Source of the DNA: Nemertoderma westbladi
Taxonomy: Eukaryota; Animalia; Xenacoelomorpha
Assembly: GCA_032718475.1 (NCBI GenBank)
Contig: JAUCBJ010001992.1
Span: forward strand, 61,939-125,938
Reading direction: 5' to 3'
Length of the DNA stretch: 64,000 nucleotides
Below are positions 11,650 to 24,064 of the stretch, piece by piece. Under the pieces are notes generated by a model that was not told where the DNA came from, did not search any database, and worked only from the letters and a program-made list of their open reading frames with translations. Made by a program: the position numbers and the translations under genes. The first letter of the stretch is position 1, and each line of letters starts with the position of its first letter.

Positions 11650-12414
11650 ATGTCTGCGACTTCGAGATACGAGAACTGCTCCGTTCACGACAACACATAT
11701 TTACAACCTAAAGAAGTAAATAAAGAACCCGGAGTGGACATATCGCTATTAGAAGACGACAATGTATATGAGGAAATACCGGTACCTCCTCCACCCGGAT
11801 GCACTCAACCACAAAGCCGAGTTGTATCAAATAAAATGCATCCAATCCGCAAGCACCTACTCATACTGGGTCTATCAGTCGGCTTATTAGTGAGTTTGGT
11901 TGCAGTTGTAGTTATGTCTGTCGTCTATGTCACCTCAATGTCTACCTCTGTAAATGACATGGAAGACAGCGACAAAGAAAACTCGAACGGGGTATACTAT
12001 ATGTCAACTAATTATACAACCACTGTTGCGAATTATATACCACTCAATAATATACAAGAAATGATAGACGACAGCATAGAGAGAAGCACAAATGCCTCAA
12101 AGAAAGAATTTGAAAAGTCACTGAATGATCTTCGCAGTTGGTTCGACGAAGCTATAGTCACCCATAAGGAAGACGTTGATAATAAATTGATGGAACTTTA
12201 TGAGAACCTCACACGGGAGTATAAGTTGCTGAAAACTAGTAACGATGTGTTGGTTCAACGAATAAAGGAGATTGAAGAGCAACCAATGGCTCATCCATCG
12301 GATCCAGGGAGTAGGCTTCAAGTACAATCAGCTGCCAACCCTGTGCGATGTTCAACTAATGTACTGGTTCTACTCAGTGCGGCCTTACTTGCTCTGGCTA
12401 GGCTATGCGCATAA
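11650..12414 (+). CDS. 254-aa type II membrane protein with coiled coil and GPI-like C-terminus (tetherin-like topology), nested in AFTPH intron 2
   Basis: Non-repetitive ORF with acceptor gtttttcag 15 nt upstream of the ATG. Hydrophobic segment aa 70-94, heptad-like region about aa 135-210, N-glycosylation sequons N121/N148/N186, hydrophobic C-terminal tail after SAA. Confidence 0.82.
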   Translation: MSATSRYENCSVHDNTYLQPKEVNKEPGVDISLLEDDNVYEEIPVPPPPGCTQPQSRVVSNKMHPIRKHLLILGLSVGLLVSLVAVVVMSVVYVTSMSTSVNDMEDSDKENSNGVYYMSTNYTTTVANYIPLNNIQEMIDDSIERSTNASKKEFEKSLNDLRSWFDEAIVTHKEDVDNKLMELYENLTREYKLLKTSNDVLVQRIKEIEEQPMAHPSDPGSRLQVQSAANPVRCSTNVLVLLSAALLALARLCA

Positions 12415-12716
12415 ATGTTATTTTAAAATCACAACAAACTGCATCAGTCAGTAATTAAGAAGCGAATTTACTTAAAGGCGGGTTTACAACACAATTAATC
12501 CCTTAAAGTCCACAACTACAATTGTAAATAATTGAATTAGGCGCTAATTGGATATTGAGTAACAAAGTAAACTGCCAGCGCTGAGGAGATAAACAACGTA
12601 TGGAAAGGAAAGAAATTATTCAATAAGTTTATAATATATTTATTATTATATTTGTGTGAGACTATAAACCCGTCGTAATGATTCGATTATTTAATTGTGC
12701 CTTATTGTGCTTTTAA

Positions 12717-13430
12717 CCCTTAAACTGATGAGGATTTTTCTAAAACGCATCTCCACTTGGTGAAAACTCAAATATGAATTTTGCGATTGTCAGTTGTACT
12801 TGGTGGGAATTATTGATGAAATTTATTCTGACTTGGTGAAAACTCAAATATGAGTTTAATGGGCCCATGTGAAGAATACCACAGTATATGGTAAACAACA
12901 CGGTAGTAAAGCGTGGGAAAATTGTCTAATTTCAACTAATGGCCGTTTCATTGTTATAAGTCACAGAAACAAACTATAAACACAAGGTTGAAGGTAATTT
13001 TCTCCTCTTTCAGATATATATAACGGCCTCTGAAGTTGAAAATTACGCAGTCTATCGCAAATTTACTAATTCGCAGCTATTTTTGTTTATAAAATAATTA
13101 GTCTTATTCGATAAAAAAAAAGTCAACACTTAGATTTTTACATTCATAGAATGTTACGAATAATTGTCAAGCCATTCTTTTTATGAATTCCAAACTGACA
13201 TAATTCCGCATCTAATTCTTAAATTTACATAAATTTTTTTGAGGTTTATAAGTATAAAAAAAACTCTCACTAAGGAGGAATAGCAGAAAGATATAATCTC
13301 TACCAAGTCCAGATGTTGGCTCATAAACTCAGATATGAGTTCTCACCAAGTCAGATACTACCATTGGAAAACTTCCCACCAAGTGGCCCTCCCAAAACCC
13401 ATATGAGTTTTCACCAGTTTAAAAGGCAGG
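12717..13430 (+). mobile_element. piggyBac-like non-autonomous element
   Basis: TTAA|cccttaaactg ... cagtttaaaaggcagg|TTAA; subterminal cttggtgaaaactcaaatatga repeats. The same ends occur inverted at 62406-63891. Confidence 0.72.
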
Positions 13431-13718
13431 TTAATAACAACGCAAAGGATAACGACTTTAATCGCTGTACTACTATTGTGGTACATAATATTATTATTGC
13501 AGATAAATTAATGCTTTGAGGCGCAGCTCATTAAGGATCAGTTAGAATTGTTTAGAGTCAATCATATCCACATCACGTAAAAATGTCACGTAGATTTCTT
13601 CACGTCACGCCATATTTTATGTTGGCTATAAATTGGTCAAAGTAACTTTAAAGTATGTTGTGACTCACAACTTTTTCACAACACATTTTTTGACCAAAGA
13701 AGTCAATGTTTGAAAAGT

Positions 13719-15537
13719 TAGCGCCCACCCCTACCTTCGGGTGGCGCCCACCTCTACCTTCGGGTATCGCCCACCCCTACCTTCGGGTAGCGCCCACCCC
13801 TACCTCCGGGTATCGCCCACCCCTACCTTCGGGTATCGCCCACCCCTACCTTAGGGTAGCGCCCACCCCTACCTCCGGGTAGCGCCCACCCCTACCTTCG
13901 GTAGCGCCCACCCCTACCTTCGGGTAGCGCCCACCCCTACCTCCGGGTATCGCCCACCCCTACCTTCGGGTAGCGCCCACCCCTACCTTCGGGTAGCGCC
14001 CACCCCTACCTCCGGGTATCGCCCACCCCTACCTTCGGGTAGCGCCCACCCCTACCTTCGCGTAGCGCCCACCCCTACCTCCGGGTATCGCCCACCCCTA
14101 CCTTCGGGTAGCGCTCACCCCTACCTTCGGGTAGCGTCCACCCCTACCTCCGGGTATTGCCCACCCCTACCTTCGGGTAGCGCCCACCCCTACCTTCGGG
14201 TAGCGCCCACCCCTACCTTCGGGTAGCGCCCACCCCTACCTCCGGGTATCGCCCACCCCTACCTCCGGGTAGCGCCCACCCCTACCTCCGGGTAGCGCCC
14301 ACCCCTACCTCCGGGTATCGCCCACCCCTACCTTCGGGTAGCGCCCACCCCTACCTCCGGGTATCGCCCACCCCTACCTTCGGGTAGCGCCCACCCCTAC
14401 CTTCGGGTAGCGCCCACCCCTACCTCCGGGTATCGCCCACCCCTACCTTCGGGTAGCGCCCACCCCTACCTCCGGGTATCGCCCACCCCTACCTTCGGGT
14501 AGCGCCCACCCCTACCTCCGGGTATCGCCCACCCCTACCTTCGGGTAGCGCCCACCCCTACCTCCGGGTATCGCCCACCCCTACCTTCGAGTATCGCCCA
14601 CCCCTACCTCCGGGTAGCGCCCACCCCTACCTTCGGGTAGCGCCCACCCCTACCTCCGGGTATCGCCCACCCCTACCTTCGGGTAGCGCCCACCCCTACT
14701 TCGGGTAGCGCCCACCCCTACCTTCGGGTAGCGCCCACCCCTACCTTCGGGTAGCGCCCACCCCTACCTCCGGGTAGCGCCCACCCCTACCTTCGGGTAG
14801 CGCCCACACCTACCTCCGGGTATCGCCCACCCCTACCTTCGAGTATCGCCCACCCCTACCTCCGGGTAGCGCCCACCCCTACCTTCGGGTAGCGCCCACC
14901 CCTACCTTCGGGTAGCGCCCACCCCTACCTTCGGGTAGCGCCCACCCCTACCTCCGGGTAGCGCCCACCCCTACCTTCGGGTAGCGCCCACCCCTACCTC
15001 CGGGTAGCGCCCACCCCTACCTTCGGGTAGCGCCCACCCCTACCTTCGGGTAGCGCCCACCCCTACCTTCGGGTAGCGCCCACCCCTACCTTCGGGTAGC
15101 GCCCACCCCTACCTCCGGGTAGCGCCCACCCCTACCTTCGGGTAGCGCCCACCCCTACCTTCGGGTAGCGCCCACCCCTACCTCCGGGTATCGCCCACCC
15201 CTACCTTCGGGTAGCGCCCACCCCTACCTCCGGGTATCGCCCACCCCTACCTTCGGGTAGCGCCCACCCCTACCTCCGGGTATCGCCAACCCCTACCTTC
15301 GGGTATCGCCCACCCCTACCTTCGAGTATCGCCCACCCCTACCTCCGGGTAGCGCCCACCCCTACCTTCGGGTAGCGCCCACCCCTACCTTCGGGTAGCG
15401 CCCACCCCTACCTTCGGGTAGCGCCCACCCCTACCTCCGGGTATCGCCCACCCCTACCTTCGGGTAGCGCCCACCCCTACCTTCGGGTAGCGCCCACCCC
15501 TACCTTCGAGTATCGCCCACCCCTACCTTCGGGTAGC
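13719..15537. repeat. 23-bp GC-rich minisatellite, about 79 copies
   Basis: Unit tagcgcccacccctaccttcggg with tcc/tat variants. Confidence 0.97.
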
Positions 15538-15686
15538 AGCTATCGAAAGAGGAGCCTTCGAGTCGCCTCCGGCCTCGGCTGACTGTGAAATAATTTCCCA
15601 CTACCAAATCGCCAGGGCGACATATTTTCCAACTTTATATCGCAGTGCGACATTATTTCTCAGTATGTCCCTACACCATGCATTAA

Positions 15687-15874
15687 AGGCCCATTTATAC
15701 TAGGCCGTACCACAGCCGAACGGTAACCGTATGGTAATAAATTGTGATATTTGTCAGTACTGCAGCCGTCATGCGGCCGTACGGTATGTTTGATATGCCG
15801 TACGACAACTGCAGATTCCGAACGGCCTTGTACGAAGCCGTACGTTGACCGTACGGCCGAGAATAAATGGGCCT
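15687..15874. mobile_element. PIF/Harbinger-like MITE
   Basis: TIR aggcccatttatactaggccgtac / gtacggccgagaataaatgggcct, flanked by TAA/TTA. Confidence 0.72.
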
Positions 15875-17444
15875 TTACTATGTATTTCCATAATCACATG
15901 ACGTCATTCGAATACACACTACAACTATGTCCTGGAATATGTGGCAGTAACACTAGAAACGGACCTATGTGTACTACACATACTGTAGGTCCGTGTGTAG
16001 GGAGGGACGATTTTTATTTTTTTTAATCTCATTGTAACCGGAATTTTTCAGTGAATCTGAATTTGCAAACAGCTAAGCGATATCTACCTCCGTTCTCGAG
16101 ATATGACGTGACCGGCTACATTGATGGTTGGTTTAGATTCTGAAACTCAATACCGATAAAAACGCACTTAAACATTTTACTATTAATTGTTACTATTTTT
16201 GAAGGTCAATAAAAATAAAGTCACAACGTCCAAATTAAATTTTCGCAGAGTAATTTAGGTCGTCAGTAAACGTATTCCCAGGGTTACCTTTCATATTTGT
16301 CTGAATATAGACTGCCTGTATGTAAGTATGCCTGTCTGTTAGTCTGTATGTCCTTTCATCAAATAATAAGGGAAACTACCGCACCGTATAGTTAATATTT
16401 CCACTGTGGGGGTTTCCCTGATTGTGAATATAGTTACAATGTCAATTTCCATGTTTAGAATAATCTAGACCGTTTGTATGATTGTAATAATGTATGTCTG
16501 TCCATAAAAGTAAGCCTATCATTTGTATGTGGTTATTTCAGATATATGAAAATTTAAATTTTCGTGTTGCTCGACCCCTTTTAGTATTTAGCACCCAACC
16601 AAAAATAGTATTCCAGTCCACCTTGGTGATCTGGAAAATATTACAATTGAAATCAGCATCCTATATCGATTGAAAATCAGAGTTTAGGAGCAAATCACGT
16701 TGGAAAAAATGAAAATTTAAAATCGTGTTAAAATATCGTGTTCGTGTTAAAATCATAGACAGGTTTCTAGTTTTACTGCCACAGTGAATTTAATAAATAC
16801 ACAATATTCTGTAACATTTTGTCATTCTCATAAGTAGCTACGCAACAATCTGACAATGCACTGCCTATATAATAATACACCACCTCCCTTAATACAACAG
16901 TTTAGGGGGGGGGGGGGGGGGGTCGGAGCCCCCCCCCCCCGCCCCTAATTGTTTTCAAACTTCAATCATATGCTACGAAATTTGGTATGATGATAGTTCG
17001 ACAATTTTTCATACTGCTGATAGGCCTGGACGAATTTTTCAATTTACGAGCCATTTCGATACAACAAGCCGTTAAAATTTGCATTTTTAGCAATACCGGT
17101 ATTTAACATCTCTGTTGGCTTTATTTTTAATCTTCCGAATGTAATCTGGATATTTTTGAGAACCGCCTTCATCTGCAGATTCCGAATGAGACCCTAAATC
17201 AGTTAAAACATTTACCATTATACTTCCACAAGATTTATTACATCAGTTACGAGCTGCCGGTGGTACCTGGATTGGGATTCCATTTCGGAGATTTTCCACT
17301 TTCTTTCAGTTCGTGACGATATATATACTCCCAGGCATCACTTTATTTACTTTTTACCATCGAATTAAAGTAAATTATTGCATCATCTCTACAATATAAT
17401 GCCCAACTCCCACCCGGCCGAGGTATTCCGAACAATTAACTTAC

Positions 17445-17573
17445 CTTTTGTAAACCTTCCAGACGACCTGCTGTTACTATGGTAACTAATAGAGCGTTCT
17501 CGGTATCCGATTGGTTGTCTGTCATTCCAGAATCTTCCGGAAACGCCTTATTCACTATTTGCTGTAAGTTTTG
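17445..17573 (-). CDS. AFTPH: Aftiphilin homologue, coding exon 2 (QNLQQIVNKAFPEDS...GLQK)
   Basis: Acceptor ttttcttttctcag, donor gtaagt; 129 nt, phase 0-0, open frame. Confidence 0.85.
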
Positions 17574-17768
17574 CTGAGAAAGAAAATAAATACCAGTAAT
17601 ATCTTTAAAAAGAAGTCAAATAGTCACTAATTAGTTAAAAACCGAGGTTGTGGGTAGGAAAAGCGACTGGGAGAATTATACAAATAAGTGATTCAGAGGC
17701 AGGGGGGGGGGGGGGGGGGGGAGGTGTGTTCCCAACAATACTGTAACTATTAAATATAAATATATTAC

Positions 17769-19070
17769 CATTGGGGACCTGGAAGCTTTTCCATCGAGGA
17801 TATCTGTTCTGTCTGTTTGCTGCTTTGGATTGGGTGGAGATTGTTCCCATCGACTGGAGGCCCAATTAGACTCAGAATTAGATTCGGTCGACCAATCAGG
17901 ATCAACAATCCAGTTCTTGGCGTCAGTTCCACCGGGGCTAACCACAACCGCGGAGTCGAAGGTGGACACGGTGAAATCGCCAAACTCGTCATCGTCAGGT
18001 GAGTCGGGAGGGGGAAAGTCGGGAGTTTGTGGGGGGGAAGTTGGGTGAAAGGGGGGAGGGGTTGTCTCGTGGGGTGATGGGGGATCGGGAGGACGGGACT
18101 CGGGAATTTGTGGGGGGAATATTGGGTTAAAGGGGGGAGGGGTTGTCTCAGGGGGTGATGGGGGTTCGGGTTCATACTCGGTACCTGAACGACCATCTAC
18201 TGTTTGTAAAGGCGCAGCGACGTTGGGGCTGAAACCGATAGGTAAATCTGGGGTTACTCTCGGGATGGGTATCGGAGTGTCTGGCTCATCGTTCTCTTCG
18301 TCCGACCACTCGGCGTCCATCGTCCGTATCTCGTCCGCGATATCGTCGCCGTCGTCCGTGGGGTCCGGAGGCAACTCGCAACTCAACGGGAAACTCGCCC
18401 AGTCAGCGTAATCCTCGGTCCCAACAAACCCAGAGTTTACGTCGTCGTTACTCGCATGGTTGGTAAATTCGCTATAATCAGCATCGCTTTCAAGAGTTTC
18501 TAAAGGAACATCGTTACTCATTGCACAATCTACTGAATTGGTGACATTATCCGAGAGTTCGGGTAATCGAAGTGAGTCCGATTGCACAAGTTCGAGTTCA
18601 CTTTGGGGGATTAACGTCATCTCTTTATCGGAAACTGCCGCATCTGGAATCACCAAACGCGATGATGGCGAGTGGCTAGACGTCGCGTTAACATCCGACA
18701 AGGTCGTTGCGTTTACATCCGACAAGGTCGTTGCGTTTACATCCGACAAGGTCGTTGCGTTTACATCCGACAAGGTTCTCGCCGCACTGTCGTTGCATAA
18801 AGTAGCATCGTTATTTAAACTAGAGTTATCTGAGATAATTTTATGAGTTTCTAAATGCAGCTCATCGTCGGCTGCCCGTAAAGTCAAACCTGCGCAAGAT
18901 GCAGGGTGAGGTTCTATAACCGATTGCATATTATTACTGCTGTCATAATTGTTATCAGACTCAGATATAGCGATTGGTACAGGTAGTGGAATATTAATAG
19001 GAGTATTTGATAATTTCAATGCAACTATGGATTCGGATTCGTTATTCCTTTTTGACAGCTCATCCGCCAT
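17769..19070 (-). CDS. AFTPH: Aftiphilin homologue, large acidic/proline-rich coding exon 1 (434 codons)
   Basis: Long ORF with gamma-ear motif DDDEFGDF and WxxF motif DWASF; donor ATG|gtaata, phase 0; acceptor tttacag just upstream of the ATG; internal TLSDVNAT x4 repeat. Confidence 0.85.
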
Positions 19071-19324
19071 TCTAATATTAATAGTATTACCGGTACTGTA
19101 AATGAATCATGACATACACTTACTGACTTATGAGAAACTATTAAAACATCTCACATACTGACTTGACATAGCCTACAGCCTATCTATCTGCAATCACACT
19201 ACAGCCAGAACGACCAACGTGTATAATCTAAATCGAAAGTAATAATACAAGGCTGAAGATGCAAGGTGATTTAAATTTAAATATTATCCATCAATTGAAT
19301 CCCAAACAATGTAAAAGAACTCAC

Positions 19325-19560
19325 TTTCATGCTAGATATGTTTCATGTTTCACCTTTCCACCCTGATGCCTGAACACAACACTCCCCATTCGATATTCTA
19401 AACATCTGAACATAGAAGTATCTTAATCGATCTAGTGATATCGAATACAGTCAGGAACACTGGTCACAATTTGTTTAATTTCCAGCCAGAATGTGTCCGC
19501 GGAAAACGCTCTCAGAGTGAAATTTTTCCATAGAAAACAATGCTAAATTTCATTTGAAAA
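19325..19560 (-). promoter_or_regulatory. Probable non-coding first exon / promoter of AFTPH
   Basis: Minus-strand donor aa|gtgagt at 19324 pairs with the acceptor at about 19096; the 5' boundary is not determinable. Confidence 0.4.
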
Positions 19561-20105
19561 CCGGCAGTGACATTTTAACATTGGGATTCTAAAAATTTGA
19601 CATTTGACAGTTTGAATCGCCATAAAATTCTGTATAAATTAATTTGAGAATTAGAATCTCTATCATTACCGGTACTACATACTATAACTACCCCTACTGC
19701 CCTATCATTAATATTAAAAATAAAAATGTGCCCAGCTTCTGCCAGTCAGCCAGTCTGCTTTGAGTACGCCCTACTACTCTACTAGCTGACTAGTGGAGTT
19801 ACAGCCAAAATATGTCCGGAAATATAATCGCAGCCTGTAACTGTCTGCATGTGGCCTGTGAAGTGAAGGACAAATAGTAGCTGCACGGCTGCACGGACAC
19901 TTTCTGGCTGTAAATACTAAATATATGGACAATTTTTGATTGAGATCAAGCGGCAGCCATCCAGAAGTGACCAGTGTTCCTAACTTGAATGTAGAAACAA
20001 AAAATGTTACACATACCACATACTGCTGTACTGTCTGCTGACATACACATACCTGCATGCATACAGACTGACAGACATAACAAAGTCTATAATTAATTGT
20101 GATGT

Positions 20106-20184
20106 GACTTCTCTGACCACGAAAACATCTAAACAGAACCGTGGATCCATGTTCTGTTTAGATGTTTTCGTGGTCAGAGAAGTC
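20106..20184. repeat. Hairpin with perfect 34-bp arms and 11-nt loop
   Basis: gacttctctgaccacgaaaacatctaaacagaac-cgtggatccat-gttctgtttagatgttttcgtggtcagagaagtc. Confidence 0.95.
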
Positions 20185-21075
20185 GGTTATCGTTCATATG
20201 CGTACCTGTGGCAAAAGAAGCAGGTTACAGTGGTGGTGTTTTCTAACCAAAACAATAAACTAATCTCCATTACTTAATTAACGGAAAGGAGCAGGTTACA
20301 GTGGTGGGCTTTTCTAACCAAAACAATAAACAATATCTCAATAACATAGGGTATTTCATACTTATAGTCTTATTTTTGCAATACGAAAATACCACAGGCA
20401 CAGGTACGGATATGAACTATAACTGGATCCACAAATATGATGAAAGCTCCTCTTTATTCGAACTGTCGAAAACAACCAATAAAAAACAAAAATGTAAACT
20501 TTTCAAAAGGCTGAAAACAGAAAAGGGCTGTAGAATGACAATTAGAGACGGTTGAAACAACGGTCTGTCCCCAGACCCTGACTGCCTGACGGTCCCCAAA
20601 GCAGCAAAGTAGGCTAACAAGACTCAATTTCAGGCTGATAGGTCAGTCGTGTCAGTCAGTCAGTAGGTGGTACAGTCTGAGTCTGACAGGACTTGGTCTG
20701 TTGGTTGCGGTAAGGCGGTAGCCTACCACCTACCGGTAGGTGGTCGGCATATGCTATACCGGTACTGCTATACAATGCTACAATCACAAATTACCATACT
20801 GCCATACCTGCATACAGCAGTACAGGCGCAAAAGTACATCAAGCAGAGGGTACTGCAGTACTGTTCTGCTGTACCGGTACCGGTACTGTACAGCTGTATG
20901 CATGGTATGTGGTACAGTATGCAGCAATCAGGCAATTGCAGTAGAAACGTTTTAATGTTCCGTTCTTTATGATTATAAGGATAAGCCTATACAGTGCATG
21001 CATGCATTGCTGAAAACTTATGTAACACACATTGTAACACACATTGTAACACACATTGCAACACACACATTGAAT

Positions 21076-21530
21076 ACACCATGTCCAGGAATATAGTGTC
21101 GTTATTCGTACCTGCCCCCCCCCCAAATTTTTTTACAAATCGTAATGAGATTGCATGAAATTTGAAACAGAGTTAGTTTCACCTCCATCCTCCTTGCTGG
21201 GTGAGCCAGAATTTTTATTTTCACTTTCATTCTTTAGCTACAAACGTTTGAAAAAGGTGTCTCTGTCGATATTGCACCAGTTACACCGCAGTTATTCTTC
21301 AAACATTTAGTGATTTGTTGGTATTAGTGGAAAGCTGACCGCGCAAGGATTCCAAATATGTAAAAATAATTGAATTTGGTTGGGAAATAGCTGAGTTTGG
21401 CATTCGAATTTTGCATGTATTATAGCTTCCACTGCAGGCCATTTATTCTATTAAATTAATACACAATGCTCTAGAACATTTTGATTATGTATGAATATCC
21501 ATATACTAGTATTATCATGTAGGCAAATTG
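21076..21530 (+). mobile_element. Second copy of the Tc1-like arm seen at 2488
   Basis: ta-caccatgtccaggaatatagtgtc and taatgagattgcatgaaatttgaaacagagttagtttcacctcc are shared with 2488-2560. Confidence 0.75.
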
Positions 21531-21625
21531 CATTGTTGCCAAGCTACTTGTAGCCTTATGTTACTTATTGTAGCTTGTTATAAGCCTATTCTGCCATTAT
21601 ATAGTTAATAGTTAACGATATGCAG

Positions 21626-23162
21626 GGGACTTCACACCTGCCGAACTCCAAATAAGCATTAAAAGCATGTCCAATAATAAAGCGAGTGGATTAGATGAAA
21701 TCCCAACGGAGGTATGGAAAACCGGAGTGCTAAATAGACCATTATTGAATGTTTGCAACCGGATGTTAAAAGGGGGAAAGCCACCACCAATTTGGACTAA
21801 AGGTCAACTAAAGCCTCTCCCCAAGAAAGGAGACCTCGGCATACTAACAAACTATCATGGGATCTGTCTGCTTGTGGTAGCTGCCAAAATATACAATAAA
21901 ATGATTCTATATAGGATTAGGCCACACATAGAGAAACTACTGCGTAATAGCCAAAACGGATTTCGACCAAGTAGATCAACAATAGCTCAGATACTTGCAC
22001 TACGGAGACTGATTGAAGGAATTAAGTCGAAGAATCTCCCCGCAGTCATGACGTTTGTGGACTTCAAGAAGGCATTCGACTCCATCCATAGAGGTAAAAT
22101 GCTTGAAATCCTAAGAGCTTAATGGAATACCAGAAGTAATTGTTGCTGGCATTGGATTGTTATATTGTGACACAGAAGCGCAGGTACTCTCACCAGATGG
22201 TGAAACTGAGTTTTTCGCAATCCTGGCTGGCGTACTGCAAGGTGACACATTAGCACCATTACTATTTTAATTGTGCTGGATTACGCAATGAGGACGGCCA
22301 CAAAGGGTGAAGATCTGGGATTCACACTTCAAGAACGCAGAAGTAGTAGATATCCGGCAACTAGTCACAGACACCGACTTTGCGGATGACATCGCCCTGC
22401 TCTCTAATTCGTTAGCATATGCACAGCTTCTACTAAATAAAGTCGTGAGGGCTGTTAAGGACGTTGGATTGCATATAAATGCTACCAAGACCGAATTCAT
22501 GACTTTTAATGTTGATGGAAACTTGACAACCATTGATAATAATCAGCTAAGGAAGGTCGATGACTTCCAGTACCTTGGATCAGAGTAGCAAAAAGGACAT
22601 AGAAGTTAGGAAAGCAAAGGCTTGGGTAGCTCTATCAAAAATAGCTACCATCTGGAAATCAGATCTCTCCAGGCACCTGAAGACTAAGTTCTTTTTATAA
22701 AGTTTTTATTGGTTTTTAGGCTAAGTTTTTATACGGGGGTGAGACCTGGACACTGACTAAATCACTCGAACAACGAATTGATGGTTGCTACACAAGACTA
22801 CTAAGGGCAGCCCTAAACATCAGCTGGAGACAACACATGACAATAAAGGCCGAGCTGTACAATACCACCTGTATCAAACCACCCTCCGTGAACGCAGATT
22901 AAGATTCAGTGGGCACTGCTGGCGAAGTAAAGACGAGGTCATACCAGATCTACTTCTCTGGCAACCAACTCATGGAAAGCGTAGTCGTGGACGACCGGCC
23001 ATAACATATATAGATCAACTTGAAAGGGATACTGAACTTGGGAGAAACGAAATTGCGACAACTATGGAGAATCGGGAAGCCTAGAAGTCATCTCATTGCA
23101 ATATCATTCTTTGATTGTCAACTCATTTCCACTGTCCGAGTTCGCTCGACCTAGTAGTAGTA
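21626..23162 (+). pseudogene. 5'-truncated, frameshifted non-LTR retrotransposon reverse transcriptase (RTE-like clade)
   Basis: Motifs KASGLDEIP, PKKGDL, QNGFR, FVDFKKAFDSI, GVLQGDTLAP, DFADDIALL, FQYLGS, RRLRFSGHCWR and RGRP across broken frames; (TAG)n 3' tail. Confidence 0.92.
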
Positions 23163-23239
23163 CCTTTACTTTCGCTGTTTCGGGGCCATTCTGCCATTAT
23201 ATACTGTAGTTAATAGTTAACCATATGCAGCCAAGTGCC

Positions 23240-23390
23240 TAAGTCCAACCTAGTGCCAGTTAGTCAAACCACGTCTCTGCGAGTGCAACCGGGTGCCAAG
23301 TAATTAATCTAAGTCCAACCGGGTGCCAAGTAATTAATCTAAGTCCAACCGGGTGCCAAGTAATTAATCTAAGTCCAACCGGGCGGCCAG
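23240..23390. repeat. 30-bp minisatellite, about 4 copies
   Basis: aagtccaaccgggtgccaagtaattaatct. Confidence 0.85.
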
Positions 23391-24064
23391 TATATTATAT
23401 TATATATTATATTATTTGGGTGGAGACACCGCTGTCATAGAAGCGGATAAATAAAACTGCACATAATAAAATAAAACAGGAGAAAGTTGAACAGTGAATA
23501 AAACAAAACGACTTATACTATGGCACAGTGTCATCAGGTCATACAGTGTCAGTTAGTACAATAAAACAAGCGCTGTGGTGCATCCCGGGGCTGACGCTGA
23601 AGGACATCATCTGTCACTTAACATGGACCTACAATGTTTATTTGCTATTGGGTAGCGGCAGCCGCACTCTTTAAATCATATCGCTTTTAAGTAGGCCTAC
23701 TTACTGTCTTCAGTCTGCATGTGTGATGTGCACTTCTTACTGCTGTACTGGTCCGCAATGCCTAATCTCTAAAATCACATACGGATTATTCTCCATAGGA
23801 ATCCATTACATATGCACATACGCGTATGTGCATACGGATACAGCAAATGCATACGGATACGGATACGGCGAAAAGTTATACCCCCATATTTATTCATATA
23901 AACTGCTCCATTTACTAACATTGCGCTACTTTGCTCCAACTATGCAGCAGCAAGTACTTAATGTTTATTAGGTTGCGTTTTATATTGTTTAAGTATGGCT
24001 TGTTAGTCTGTTAGTGTCGATATATTCATTCGCAGAATATTGTATTTTATTTTGCAACCCTAAA

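Noticed and set aside
17635-18846. Overlapping alternative-frame ORFs in AFTPH exon 1, and likewise within GAR1, the sulfotransferase and CDAN1 exons
   Set aside because: Shadow ORFs of GC-rich coding sequence.
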